A program made the position numbers and the translations under genes. Shown here piece by piece: positions 1 through 12,744 of a stretch of 64,000 bases of DNA. Below the pieces are notes generated by a model. It saw nothing but the letters and a program-made list of their open reading frames with translations, was not told the DNA's origin and ran no database searches. Source of the DNA: Camelus dromedarius (taxonomy: Eukaryota); contig NC_087455.1 of the NCBI RefSeq assembly GCF_036321535.1, positions 9,486,001 to 9,550,000 of the forward strand, given 5' to 3'. Each line of letters begins with the position of its first letter. Position 1 is the first letter of the stretch.

Positions 1-759
1 ACCAGTGAGCTCAGCTGCCTCGAGCGCGTATACATGTGCATGCATGTTTGTGTGAATGTTCTCTGGTATGTTTGAGTTAAACGAATTTAATACATTTAAG
101 ATGTAACTTTACAGTCAATCCTGTTGTTTTCTAGCCCTAGATAGGGGAATTTTTAATCTCTCAACGTAATTTCTCAATACCAATTCCCATTATATGGCAG
201 AAGTGACCTCTTATTTATCTCCATAACCTTTCAGATTCCCCAGCACTGCCTGCCCCACAGTATATGTGCATGAAATATTTGCAGAATTAATTTATGACAA
301 CACTTTTTTCTCCTATCATTTTTGCAGTCTTTTCGAAATGTGCACGGATATATTTCTTAGAAAACTTCTTTGCTTGTAAAAAGTTTGATTAGAAGGAAAC
401 CTGTCTTCCTGGGAACAGCTGTTTTATTGATCTCTGAAATTATGGTTGTATTAGTATTACTGCCTGCACCTGGGTATTTGGCGCCATAGCAGAGGAATTA
501 TTAATGACTTCAGGAGAGTAAATAAATGTTAGATCATCTCAGACTTCTGGATCTCATTTTGTTCATCTGTAAAATAAGAAAGATTAGATAGCATTTAACT
601 TGCAAACATTAGGATTTCATGATCTTACTCAGATCATTTAGCTACTTCCAAACACCCTGATGTTTGGCATTATAATCTCAGCTATCTAGATATCAAGTTG
701 GCTTTCCCAATTTTTAAATACGCTATTAATTAAGTTGCTGAAGGGGGCATACAGGATGA

Positions 760-1040
760 CTCCTGCCTGGATGCACTTCCTTGGGAAACTGACAGCCATC
801 CGTCAAGACCTAGGTTTGCCATCGTGTCCCTTGGAAGGCCCCTCCTAACCCTCTCCCATCATTCCTCCTTTTCCCTCTCTGACTTTGCCAGGTTGAGGAG
901 ATTCCTTATCACCTCAGGTCCCATTGCGCCCTGAATGTGTCTCTGTGATTGGATGTATATCTTTGATTTGTAATTACTTATTTAACCCATCTTTCCTTCA
1001 GTCTGTGATCACCTGGAAAAGGGTCTGTTTCTTCCTCTTG
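760..1040 (+). mobile_element. L2 LINE 3' fragment
   Basis: Degenerate match to the L2 3' region (cctgcctggatgcacttcc...cccttggaaggcccctcctaaccc...ctgtgatcacctggaaaagg); boundaries approximate. Confidence 0.55.
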
Positions 1041-1074
1041 AGGTTGCTAAGCTCACCACTTTTGCTCCCTATTA

Positions 1075-1280
1075 AAGAAGCCTGCACAGAACAAAGCAGA
1101 GCCAAGAGAGGGAAAGAAGTATATTGACAGCATCATCTGAATACCTGAATCCAAGCTGTCTCTGAAGCTAGATATTTTTGGGCTTTTTGTTCAACTGATT
1201 GGGCTAAGCCATCCCTCTCCCTTTTATTCATTCTGGATTCAGTTGGATTCTTGTCACTTGCAACTGAAAGATTCATAATT
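1075..1280 (+). mobile_element. MaLR LTR fragment (MLT1K/L-like)
   Basis: agcagagccaagagaggg...catctgaatacctgaatccaagctg...cagttggattcttgtcacttgcaactgaaaga, typical MLT1 3' half. Confidence 0.6.
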
Positions 1281-1414
1281 TCTGACCTCAAGGGGCTTTT
1301 TTTTTAACTAGTAGAGAAAAAAATGTAACTGAATTGCACAAGAGTTCTAGGAGTGAGTTCAGTGCACAGGGCGCTGCTGCAGGAGCTCTGCAGAGGTACT
1401 TCTGAGTGAGTCTT

Positions 1415-1565
1415 TGTGCCCCAAGTGCGATCCATGAATCAGCAGCATGGATGTGACCTGGGGGTCTGAGGCATCTGCAGACCCCACCTCAGCTCTGCTG
1501 ATGGGAACCTGCATCTTAAGTTCCCCAGGTGATTTATTTTCACCTTAAAGTCTGAGACAAGCTGC
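1415..1565. mobile_element. MER5A-type hAT-Charlie MITE
   Basis: ccccaagtgcgatccatgaatcagcagcatgg...gaccccacctcag...ccccaggtgatt...taaagtctgaga resembles the MER5A/MER5A1 consensus. Confidence 0.7.
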
Positions 1566-2859
1566 TATGAAGGACAAGGGGAGGTATACACTAGGGATAG
1601 CTGCCCACAGAGGGTGACCCCTGACATGAATTTTGAGCAATGGTTAGTACCATTCCAGGAAGAATTGTGGGAAACGGGAGGAGGGACTTGAGTTTCCAGG
1701 CAGACAGAGCAGTCTTAAGAGAAACCAGAGTGGCAGCAACTTGGAACCTAAGGTGAGCAGGAGATGGTGGGAAAGGAGGCTGAATGAGCAGATCAGATGT
1801 GCTTTGCAGTGAGTCACAGGAGGCCCTTGTCAGTAACAACATATTATTTTGAGGGGTCTTCAGGGCAACCTGATGACTTGAGTGACTGGAAATCCATGGT
1901 GGAGGGGGCAATTTACTATATGGCTCTGTTAACAGCCATCACCCCGAGGAATGATTCACTTCCTGGATTTACCATCACTAGAGATAGAAAGCCTTACAAA
2001 TTACCATTGATCTTTCAAACACATGCTTCCCATATTACATCCTCAATAGTCAAATTTCTTCTTTTCCAGATTGCTGGGGTTTGCTTTTAATGGCTAATCT
2101 TGAATTGATTTGAGATGGGATTAATGGCAAATCTTAGACCTTCCCCTGAAGACTCCTTCCAGTTGTGTTCTGATGTTAACAGGAGTCAGTTCCTACAATC
2201 CCCTGAGTCATTCTCACCATCTCCCAAAGATACGGTTTAGAAGAAAATGTCTCTTCTTACGTTCCTTTGTGCACATCTCTTGGAGTCTGTGGCAAGATGG
2301 GAGAAGATGGAAATTAGAATAAAACTGTGGATAGAAATAGTGAAGCAAGATGAGATTACATTAAATTTATGACATGACAGAGCAGGCTCATTTTGCTTTG
2401 TGAATAATGGTTAATCACTGTTTGAATCAGAATCTATTTACTAGCTGGTTCTCATAAATCAGGGTTGGGAAGTGGAAATATTTATCATGGCCTAATGTCA
2501 TGTGACTTTAATACGGCCAAATATTTTAATAAGATTGAAGGTTCTTAGACACAAATGTTTCAAATGATAGCTGATCTCAAGGCACTGAGAGGGGAACCTA
2601 GAGATTTTTGAAGCCACGCACTGCCCTTTAAAAACTGAGCTTTAACAATGTCTATGCTCTCTCCTCAACCTGCTCCCTCCTGCCTCCTCTGCCCTCGGCA
2701 TTTGAGATGTGGCCAGATTTATGGTACCTGGGTCATTTTCTTGACTACTTTTTCCATTTTATGCAAGCTATTAAATGTAATTTATGAGAGTGAGGAATAC
2801 ATTCTAAATGTGAACACTCTTACAGCTATTGGGGTGGGTCAAATGAAGGAGGCTGCTTG

Positions 2860-2995
2860 ATGGAGAGGAAGAAGCTCTGGCCGGGGAGCCTGGAGTCATC
2901 AGATTTCACTGCAGCCCTAAAACTTGCTGTGTGGCCTTGAGCAAGTCACTGCTCGTCTCTGGTGTTCATCCATAAAATGAAGGGGTTGGGCTCTC
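2860..2995 (+). mobile_element. MIR SINE
   Basis: gctgtgtggccttgagcaagtcact...catccataaaatgaagggg, MIR core. Confidence 0.65.
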
Positions 2996-3029
2996 TAGCT
3001 CACCCTCTTCCCCTGCCCAGATTAGTTCA

Positions 3030-5150
3030 TCTCAAGGGCATGACTTGGTGCTCATCACCTGTGTACAGACAAAATAGATACACCTTTTTTGTGGAGGGAA
3101 GAGATTGGTAGTAAAAGGGAAGAGGGATAATGGGTTCTTACTGGAAGGGCAGTGTGGGGTTGGGTAAATTTCTTAAAAAATGGGCTATGTCAAGTATTTC
3201 AAGTGCTCATGGGAAAGGAACTGGCAGAAGAGATTTTATGTAGGGAGAAAAGAGACTGTTGTTAGTGTAAGAGCCTCTGAGAAGGAGGGAGGAGATGGTG
3301 GGATCCAAAGTGCAGGAGGAGGGGGTGGTGTTGCAGAAGAGAGACTGCTCATCTATTCTAGCGGGAGGAGGGTTGCAGAGGATGGTTTCGATGGCTTTTG
3401 CAGATTTGTAGCAGAGAGACGGAGAGTTTTCTGATGTCTTTTGTTTCCTCTGAGAAACCAGATGCCAGGTCATCTGCTAATAGTGAAATGGGACAGATGA
3501 TGGAGCATGGAGTTCTAAAGAATAGAGACGTTTTGAAAGTAATTGTGAAAAGTTGGAGAAAGTGCTAGCAAGAGAATATATAAATATTTTCAGGGTCCAG
3601 TTGGGGTGATGATTGATTTGTAGCTATGGATTATTCCAGTATATTTACTGTGCTTGATAATTTTAGTTTGTTCCTTAAAACCCACCCCTAACCCTCCAGA
3701 AGCCGACCTGCATGGCTACATGTCCCACCTCTTTTGCTCTTTGGGAAGTTTTCTCAGTGGAAAACACTGACAGGTGATCAGAGGAAAGGAGAAGAAGGTT
3801 GTGGTGTTTATTCCATTGACTCCTTCATTGCAGGGGCTTCCCGAGTCTCTGGGGTTGGGTGGCTGTGCCTCCTTTATCCCCTCTCTACCTTGGAGTGATC
3901 AGTTCACCTTGGCTGTTGCTAGTCCTGGCATTACAGGATCCTCTGTGGGTTTCCCAATACACTGCTCACAGTTTTTTAAGTAGTACTTATGTTCTTTTCT
4001 TTTTTCCTGGAACTACCCGATTTGAGTTTGCCATATGCTTCTTGCTGGGACCTTGACTAAGATATCCTATTATGTCTTCTCTCCAACGATGCTCAACTGC
4101 CCATATATAGACAAGCATTCAAGAATAGGATTTTTGTAGTTAAATATAAGAAAGAGACAGATTTGTAGTTAGATACAAAAAAGAGGAGGAAGGGATGGAA
4201 AAACTTGGAATAGTTCTGTCCAAAAGTTATTGAAATGATGGGTCACATGAATTGCTTAGGGTGGGAAGTGAACTGCTCCTTGTTTAGGGCAGTGAGGTCA
4301 ATTTATAGTAAGTTTCAATGTTGGAAAATAGGAGACCTAAGAAGAAGTGACTATGAAGGTGAAGGAGAGGAAGCTGTGATCAGAGTGGAGTGGCTGAGCC
4401 AGTAACTTCAGAGGCAGAACTGTGTCAGATGATGACCACCTGGCCGTTGGTTGATGACCACCTGGGTGTTCAGCAGAGGTGGGTAAAGCTGAAGCTGAGA
4501 TGGAGGTTCAAGTTGTTGAGAAGCCAAGTTGCTGAATAACTCATCTGTGTTGTCACCGAGGTCACAAATGACAATGTAGGCTTTGTCAGAGGAAAACACT
4601 CTGAGTCAGAAGCCAGATTCTTTAGTGAATGAGATGGAGTAACAAGGGGTTCAGTAGAAGACAGAAGGTGGAAGAGAGGAGTAGTCAAAGCAGAAATCTT
4701 GAGCTTTAAAGGAGCAGAGCTGTTAGAAAAGTGACAAGAAGACCCAAAATGGACAGAGAATAGTGTATTTAGCTGCTTCATGACTGTGTTAAAACCAAAA
4801 TGGCTGTTGATAAAACTGTAGGAGAAGTGATGTCTTTAGAGGAAAGTGAGGGACCTGTTAAGGAAAGAAAATGGAACGAATGATCAGAAAAGAGGTGTAC
4901 AGTATAGAGGAATTTTCTGATGCTGGAGCTGCATTTCCAGAGGGCAGGGAAGAAACATGTGAAGTTGGGCCTGGTGGCAACAGCCAGCGTTGGAATTCAA
5001 AGGCATCGCTTCAGCTTGGAACCATTACGTATGGAAACTGATAAGCGAGGCGAGATGGATTCCTGATGGAATGTTTGTGGAGGTGAGCGTTAGGCATGGT
5101 GGATGCAGGGCCAGCGTTACGAGGCTTGAGATGCTCTCTTAGGGTCAATA
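3030..5150 (-). mobile_element. Long decayed L2 body including ORF2 endonuclease region, interrupted by an LTR
   Basis: Purine-rich plus strand; minus-strand peptides YIVICDLGDNTDELFSNLASQQLEP and SAPLKLKISALTTPLFHLLSSTEPLVTPSHSLKNLASD resemble L2 APE motifs (IILGDFNIHVDD..TLASQFL; AIRLYHP..IYRPPGHS.SFLEDF). Confidence 0.6.
3635..4065 (+). mobile_element. ERVL LTR (LTR33/LTR16-like) nested in L2
   Basis: Ends gagtttgccatatgcttcttgctgggaccttgactaagata, characteristic of the LTR33-type 3' terminus. Confidence 0.6.
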
Positions 5151-5469
5151 GCCAGGGCTTGTGGGAATGTGGAGTCAGGTTGTCCCTCTTCTGTTTTGTG
5201 CTGTTTTACCTCCTGGGGTTAAGATCTTGCCAGCATATCTGCTTTGGGGTAATGTATCCATGTATCTGTTCACTGGTTCCGTTATTTATTTGATGAACGT
5301 GCTAAGAATCAACAGGTAATTAGTTCATTAGGCAGAAGTGATAGGAAGCTTGCCTTCGAGTCAACGAAATGAAACCCTAACAAATTTCTCCCACTCTGTT
5401 CCAGCCACATTGACTTACTTTCTGCTACTCAAACATACAATCCAAGTTTGTTCACTTTTTGGGCTCTTA

Positions 5470-5815
5470 GCATTTTATGTTTTCTTTCTCTGGAATGTTC
5501 TGCCCTCCAAGTCTGTACTTGACTTACTCCTTTACTTTAGGTGAAATTTTTGCTTGGTGTCACCTCCTCAGGGATTCCTTCCTCTACCAGCCGATTGACC
5601 TCTCCTTTATTGTACCCCCTTACAATGCTTTGTTTGTCTTTGCTTTTATTTTATGTGTATTGGCTTGGGTTTTTATTGTCTGTCTCACCCACCAGAATGT
5701 AAGCTCTGTGAAAGGAGGAACTATGCATGTCTTATTTCTTTTCTTACCTGTAATGCCTAGGAGAATCTTGCTCTGCATTAGGTGCTCAATAACTGTTCAT
5801 TGTTTGACTGCTACC
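5470..5815 (+). mobile_element. L2 3' end
   Basis: agaatgtaagctctgtgaaaggagg...taggtgctcaataactgttc L2 tail. Confidence 0.7.
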
Positions 5816-6109
5816 TGCATGACCAAACAAAGAGGGTCTCTTTTCTGAGGCCCTGAGTAACCACCTCAGCAGGTGTTCAAGCCTTTGCTTGATCATCTGT
5901 GAGAGATTTGTCAAGATGACTTTTGCTTTGGGTGAGAGTTTTGATGAGAACGTCTCTTAATTTCCCTTCCACTCAAGTTTCCTCTGATTATTCCTTTGTC
6001 CGTGTATTAGGGTTATTTCTTGGACAACTGGAAACAATTGTATGAATTGAAAAGAGTGCTTGGGAAATTGGTCGTTTTTATTTTCTTAATGAACCAGGAA
6101 GGGAATGAA

Positions 6110-6492
6110 GACATCTTCTTGTCAAACCTCTCATCTGACATAAAAGTCATCACTTACTTTGACCAATGGTACATTCTCAGATGTGAGGTTAGGATGAGGC
6201 ATGTAAAGTGCTGTGTCTTGTGGACTTTCTGATATTGCTGCTCTTGGGAACACTGTTACCATAGCCTCTGCCTCCAGTCTGCTACCTGCTAGACATGAGA
6301 ATCAGCCTGGCAGCCAACAGTGGACTGTAAATGTGTTAATGAGCCCAGTCAACCCCATGTGAAGCAGAGACGAGTCCTTCCAGCTGAGCTTTGCTCAAAT
6401 TCATGAACCACAGAATCATAGGAAAAAAAATTATTGTTTTAAGTCATAAATATTTGGGGTGGTTTGTTACACAGCAAAATTAAACTAATACA
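6110..6492 (+). mobile_element. MaLR LTR (MLT1G/J-like)
   Basis: Ends ttgttttaagtcataaatatttggggtggtttgttacacagcaaaattaaactaataca, canonical MLT1 3' end. Confidence 0.75.
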
Positions 6493-6651
6493 AGTGTAAA
6501 TGAGTGATTTTTTAAGAGCAGAAGAAACCCAAGGAAGAAAGAGAGCACCAAGAAAGGATGGGGTCTACCAATACCAATTGTAAACAGTTTGCACGAGAAC
6601 CACCCTGCCTTTCTGTAATTACAAATAAATTAGCCAATCTGGACACATTTT

Positions 6652-6671
6652 TGTGTGTGTGTGTGTGTGTG
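6652..6671. repeat. (TG)10 microsatellite
   Basis: Directly visible. Confidence 0.95.
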
Positions 6672-7534
6672 AAAAAATCAAGCTACTGGAGAGAATAAAC
6701 TAAAGCACTTTAAAATGAACTCGCAAGACCCTGGATGGCTTAGAACTTAAAATTACACAGTCCATATTATTAATGATCGTTGAGAACAGAATGTTGTAGT
6801 AGACTAAGTTGTAGGATTATTTGTAAAGAAGAAGATAGTTACCACTTACTGAGTGCCTCTCTGAGTCTGCTCAGCAAAATGAGGTAACGTGCCCATGTGC
6901 AAACGACTTCTTAAAGTAACAGAACTGGGGTTTTATTTCTAGGTATTCTTCCATATGGACAGTCTGGGTTGTTTTCTGTCTCCATGCTGTCTTCTGCACA
7001 TGTTATTATGATAAGAAACTCTTTCTCCTTGCTCCACTGTCTCTTTCCAATAGGTAGGTAGATGTACAGACAGACAGACATCAACCTGATTCTGACTTCA
7101 TTACCTCTACCTCGGAAGGTTACTTAACCACTGAAAGCCTCATCTGACTCAGTTTTCCAAGGGAGATGAGTATCTATACCAGAAGCTTTTTGCCCAGCTT
7201 ATATGAGAGATGACATGGATGAAAACTAGTTTGTAAGCTGTACCCTACAGCCCAGTCAACTGGTGAACCAGCTCAGCTGTCTCACCGCAGGCATCAGACC
7301 TTTCTTCCATCGTTACCAACTCTCTGTGCCTTGGATTTGCTAAATGAAGACAATTCTGTACTTATTTGTGTGGTGTTTGGCTGAGCAAATGAGATAAAGG
7401 TTGGAACACCTGGCATGAAATGAGCTCTGAACAGGCGTTGTCCACTATTTTGATCCTCTTCTTCCTCCTCCTCCTTAAATATGATTTCAGTATTGAAATG
7501 AGATATGTATTGATGAGCATATATATTCATGGAA

Positions 7535-7670
7535 TGTTTAAGCTTCATGGGGCTATAGAAATAATGTATTAATTTCTCTCATTTTACAGAGAGAGAAACT
7601 GAAAATTAACTTGCCTAAGGTCACACAGCTAGTCTGTGGCTAAGCTCAGTCTAGACACTGAGGTTATGAA
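7535..7670 (-). mobile_element. MIR SINE
   Basis: ctcattttacagagagagaaactga...aacttgcctaaggtcacacagctagt. Confidence 0.75.
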
Positions 7671-8639
7671 TTATTATATTTATTTTCAACCATATGTATA
7701 TGAAAAAAATATATATATGACAATTCAATGGGAAAGTTAGATTTTGGAATATATGCAGCAAATGAGGTTTTTGTTCATGACCGGTTGCTGGTGCAAATGG
7801 CAGGTACCATAATGGTTAATGCCCCTGTTGAAACTGGAACATAGGCCACCAGGCTTAGAAAAGGCCACATGTCAACAGCTTCCTATTTTTCTCCATTCTA
7901 AGATAAAGTCTTTCAAGTTATATATCACCCTGGAAAGGCCACCTGTCTAAAATTGCTTAGGCTTGGGAAAGAGGTTTCTAGGTCAGATGTATTACTCTTA
8001 TTCCACTTGAACTTTATTTTTTTCTCTCCTCTTGAGATCTGGAACTCAATGATCTTTGTCACAATCCGTGATCCTAAGAAAGTTTGAAAAATACTTACAA
8101 TATAATAACCAAGGAGCAAAACCTCTAAATGAAGGATTTCTATGTCTGTAGCTTTGAAAAACACACACAAGAGAAAGACGGGTCATCTCCAGTAGATGTA
8201 GGGACAGAGAGGATGCCTACTTGTGCTCTTCTAGGGGTGACTTCTTTCAGAATGGCAGCTTCCCTGCTCTGAGAACTGCCCACTCCCCAGCCCACCATCA
8301 AAGGATGGTACTCGATATCCCTATGAACCGTGAACCCATGCTTGCAGCCTTAGGAAACTGGATCAGTGATAGATGCTTGCCTTGGGGTGCTCTGCCATGT
8401 TTTCTCCCTTGGGAATTTGCACTCCCCTGGGAGTCAAAGCTCCGGTCAGACCTTGCTGGTCACTTGACGTAAAGTGCTGAAGTACAGCTGTCTTCTTTGA
8501 GAACCGTGATGCAGAATAAAACAATCAGCAAAGGAGGAGAAGCATGTTCTGTGTTAAATCACTGCAGTTCTGAGGTTCTTTATTACTGCAATTCATGTTT
8601 TCTCACTAATGCAGAGAGAAGGAAAGTGTACCATCAAGT

Positions 8640-8960
8640 ACGTTGAGGATATTTGTACCTTATAACCCAGCAATTCCTTTTCTACATATATACTCAAGGG
8701 AAAAACCTTACATACTTGCAAAAGGAATAAGAATGAGATAAAAAAAAGAAAAAACTCAATGTTTATCAATGGAAGAATGAATACATAAATTATGATACAA
8801 ATGGGTTGCTATGCAGCAGTTAAAATAGATGAAATACAGGTATATTTACCACCATGGGTAAGTATCAGAAATACAGTGTTGAGTGAAACAAGTTATAGAA
8901 AAGATACACCAAAAATTTAACTTTATTTTAAAATATGAGAAACAAATATAGCATAATGTT
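8640..8960 (+). mobile_element. Old L1 (L1MB/ME-like) 3' fragment
   Basis: ataacccagcaattccttttctac...aatgtttatcaatggaagaatgaatacataaattatg...gcagcagttaaaatagatgaaatac. Confidence 0.7.
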
Positions 8961-9038
8961 AAATGTGATAAAAATCAAGTGATGAGTCCATGGTACCATG
9001 GTACCAAATATTTCACACCTTGAAGAGTAAGAAAGATA

Positions 9039-9540
9039 TTTTTTTGGATTCCACATATAAGTGATACCATACAGTATTTATCTTTCTCTGTGTGACTTAT
9101 TTCATTTAGCGAAATGTCCTCCAAGNNNNNNNNNNNNNNNNNNNNNNNNNNNNNNNNNNNNNNNNNNNNNNNNNNNNNNNNNNNNNNNNNNNNNNNNNNN
9201 NNNNNNNNNNNNNNNNNNNNNNNNNNNNNNNNNNNNNNNNNNNNNNNNNNNNNNNNNNNNNNNNNNNNNNNNNNNNNNNNNNNNNNNNNNACATTGGGGT
9301 GCATGCAGATATACCAAACTAGTGAATATAACAAAAAAAGAAGCAGACTCACAGATATAAAGAATAAATTAGTGGTTAGCATTGGGGAAGCAGGGAGGGG
9401 CAATATAGGGGTGGGAGAGTCGGAGGTACAAATTATTGGGTGTAAGATAGGCTGTAAAGATGTATTGTACAACATGGGGAATACAGCCAATATTTTGCAA
9501 TAACTGTGAATGGAGTATAACCTTTAAAATTGTATTAAAA
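9039..9540 (+). mobile_element. 5'-inverted (twin-primed) L1 3' fragment: 9039-~9305 minus strand, ~9306-9540 plus strand
   Basis: Left part reads as antisense L1 (ttttggattccacatataagtgataccatacagtattt...; acattggggtgcatg); right part reads as sense L1 (caaactagtgaatataacaaaaaaagaagcagactcacag...ggagtataacctttaaaattgta). Confidence 0.8.
9126..9290. other. Assembly gap, 165 N, inside L1
   Basis: Directly visible; L1 sequence on both flanks. Confidence 0.95.
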
Positions 9541-9689
9541 TGGTTAAAAACAATTTATAATACCATCTTTTCTGTCCTGAAATATAATTCAAAGATTATA
9601 TATCTATAATATTTACTTAATTATTTAAATATATCAAATATTGCTAAATATATTTAAATAACTAAGTGTAAAATATAAATATATAATAT

Positions 9690-10027
9690 GAATCATGAAA
9701 GAAAAAGGCAATGAACATAAATACAATGCAGAAACAGATTCATAGACATAAAATACAAACTTATGGTTGCCGGGGGGGTTGGGAAGGGACAGACTGGGAG
9801 TTCGAAATTTGTAGATACTGACAGGCGTATGCAGAACAGGTAAGCAAGACTATACTGTACAGCACAGGGAAATATATACAAGATCTTGTGGTAGCTCACA
9901 GCGAAAAAGAATGTGACAATGAATATATGTATGTTCATGTATAACTGAAAAAATGTGCTCTACACTGGAAATTGACACAACACTGTAAACTGACTATAAC
10001 TCAATAAAAAAAAAAAAGAAAAAAAAT
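9690..10027 (+). mobile_element. Young (camelid-type) L1 3' end with poly(A)
   Basis: agaaacagattcatagacataaaatacaaacttatggttgcc...gaaattgacacaacactgtaaactgactataactcaataaaaaaaa. Confidence 0.85.
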
Positions 10028-10379
10028 CAATGTGATGCCCTGTCTATAGCATAAAAAAGTAAAAGTAACTGTAGTAAAAAAAAAAAAAATAAACAAGATA
10101 AAACCATCTTGACCATATAGTCAGTACTTAAGGACACTGCTGATGACTTTGGGTCATTTTTTAATCCACCCTATTTCTTTACTCATAGTTTTAAACAATT
10201 TTTAGTTGCAGAGAGATTGGTTCTATAGTCAGACAGACTCAGGCTCAAGAAGTAGTTTTTCACTGAAATTTTCCTTACCCTCTCAGAGTTTTAATTCTTT
10301 TGTCACTTTCTCACAGAATGGATTGAAAATTATATATAACATAATTAAATATTATTTACTTTATGTAAAATGGCATGTG

Positions 10380-10740
10380 GTTGGAATACATGTTCAATAT
10401 AATACAGGTATAACTTGCGTCAATTTTTTTCCTATGTTTATAATAGATGTATTTTCTCATGTTATTAAAAACTCTTCATTCATAGCATTTTAAAGACTGA
10501 GTAAAATTTTACTGAGTAAGTATTACACAGATTAACTATTTTGAACACTCTAATTCCAAACATTTGCCTCTATAAATTACTCCTTAATACATATTTTTTT
10601 TGTGCCAGTAATCTTTTCCACAGTTAATGTCATATCTGTACAAAATAATTATTAAAATTAGAATTAATGGGTCAAATAGCACTTAAGTGTCTGACACGTA
10701 TTTTTCAAATTGCTTCATAATAGTGTTGGGCATTTTACAG
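10380..10740 (-). mobile_element. Old L1ME-like 3' fragment
   Basis: ctcatgttattaaaaactcttc...ttttaaagactgag...tagaattaatgggtcaaatag...ctgacacgtatttttcaaattgct. Confidence 0.55.
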
Positions 10741-11879
10741 GCCATGTGACCCTAAGTAAATATCTTCAGCTCTCGGGCATTTTTTTCTTCATCTTAAAGA
10801 GAGACTTAAAATAGTAGCTATATCACGGGGTTAGTAGGAGATTAAAATCACACTTTTACTATATTACGATGGACATAACATGTGCACGAGGATGAAGTTT
10901 AAGTTGTATAATCTCTATCATAAGCATTAAAGAGTTAAAAAAGATAAATTATATCTTCTGCAGCCAAAAATAGTCCTAATCCTGCCAAATGGAAATGGGA
11001 AAAATCATGATGTTTTCATTATTGTTCATCCAATGAAAAAGAGAAGTAAGATATAGTATGTTCCCACAAAACAGAAAGAGAGCTTTTGGGAGGCAATATA
11101 TTTATTGATTTTTCCCAAGCAAATGGGAAAAATAAAACCTTCATGAGAATCCGTTGATGAGGGCTCCAATTAGGTAATTTCTGGTAGAAATTGAAGATAA
11201 AGACCTTGATGCAAAATAGTGATTATTCACCCTAAATTCCTAAATGAAGGAATGAAGTCTAGTATGCAGAGATTGATCAGCAGAAACCAAGGGGAGAAAA
11301 CTTGGGACAAAGATAGATCTTTTATTCCTAATTAATGTTCATACCAGCTCTCTGTTAGTGAAATAATATCATTATGCCTTACATATAGCCTGTAGAATGT
11401 TGTGTAAGGATATGTTTAGGTTAAGATATAATAAATGGCATGTATTTCTCATTTCATAGTGAGGATTTCTTCACGCATAATTTAATTTTTTGTTGGCTTC
11501 ATAAAATCACAGTTTAAATATTTCCTCTGGGTAATTGAAACATCATCATCATCACTCCTATCACCATCATTTTTGTCATCCTATTATGTTATCAAAATTT
11601 GCCAGGCACTGTGAAAAATGCTTTTCTTGTGTTATTTCATTCTATCTATATTTTGAGGGGCAATGATTGGCCTTATTTATCATCTGGAATGGGTAATAAG
11701 CTAAGTACATTTCTAAGGTCATGCCAGTAGCAAATGGCAGAATCAAGGTTTGTGCTTCATTGGGCTAACTCAAGGGCCACTGTGTGTCTGCAAAGTAGTT
11801 ATATGGCAATTTACTTATCTAGCCTTGATACTATCAATGACTGAATGTTTTTGTGAAATGGGTTTACCTCTGCTTTGAT

Positions 11880-12290
11880 CACCACTCCATTTCCACACCA
11901 TCTTCTTCCTGCTCTTTAAACACATGAAGCTTGGCTTCTGTTCACAGGGGCTTTGCACGTTTTCTCCCTTATGCTGGAACTGTCTGCTCCCACCATATGA
12001 AGGCATAGTCTGGTCCCTCATTGCATTCATTTCTTTGTTAATCATTTCCTTTGAGATGTCTACCCTGGCCTTTCCCTTCATTGTCTATCTCTTTTCTATG
12101 GCTCATTTTCTTTCTAGCATTTATCAATAGTTGATGATATTATACATTAATTATGGATTTCTTATTTTTCTCACTAAAAATCAATTTCCATGAGGACAGG
12201 GTTCTGGCCTCCCTTGCCCAGCTTTGCTTCCCTAGTGCTCTAGAATACATCTGCCTCAAAAGATGCTGACTGACATTTGTCAAGTGAACG
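11880..12290 (+). mobile_element. L2 3' end
   Basis: cagggctttgcacgtttctcccttatgctggaac...ttccatgaggacaggg...cctagtgctctagaatac...catttgtcaagtgaacgga. Confidence 0.75.
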
Positions 12291-12744
12291 GATCATGAAA
12301 GCCTTTCCCACATTTTACAGTGTTTCCTATGGTGCTTCGAATCGCTGTGTTGATAGGTGTGGACAATGTAAGATTCTTCACGTATTCTGTGCAATTGCAT
12401 TCCAAAAGAGCTTGTACTGGTTAAAATCTCCACTGACAATATAGGAAACGGCCCCTTTCACTGTCCCCTAGACTGACTGGATTTGACCTAACCGCAGCAG
12501 TCAGGACTGTGATGTCCTGAGTAAGCAAAATCAGACGTGCACCCCTTTCCGCCGGAAGTCTGTCCTAAGGTAGTGATTGGTTTTTCAAAGTCAGAGGATG
12601 TCACCAGTTATACCCACTGCTTTTTTTATTTATACTTTTCTCCTCACTTCCTACCCTCTCCAGGAGGGAAATGCTGGGCATATAGTCAGTCTTGCGGAAG
12701 GGTGTGGGGTGGAATCGCGATGATGGAATAAGCTCTATGCTGGT

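Noticed and set aside
4430-4465. 14-bp direct repeat tgatgaccacctgg (period 22)
   Set aside because: Small slippage duplication inside a decayed L2; no further structure
8988-9006. ccatggta x2.4, a self-palindromic mini-repeat near the inverted L1
   Set aside because: An 8-bp slippage of a palindromic unit; not matched on the other side of the L1, so not a TSD
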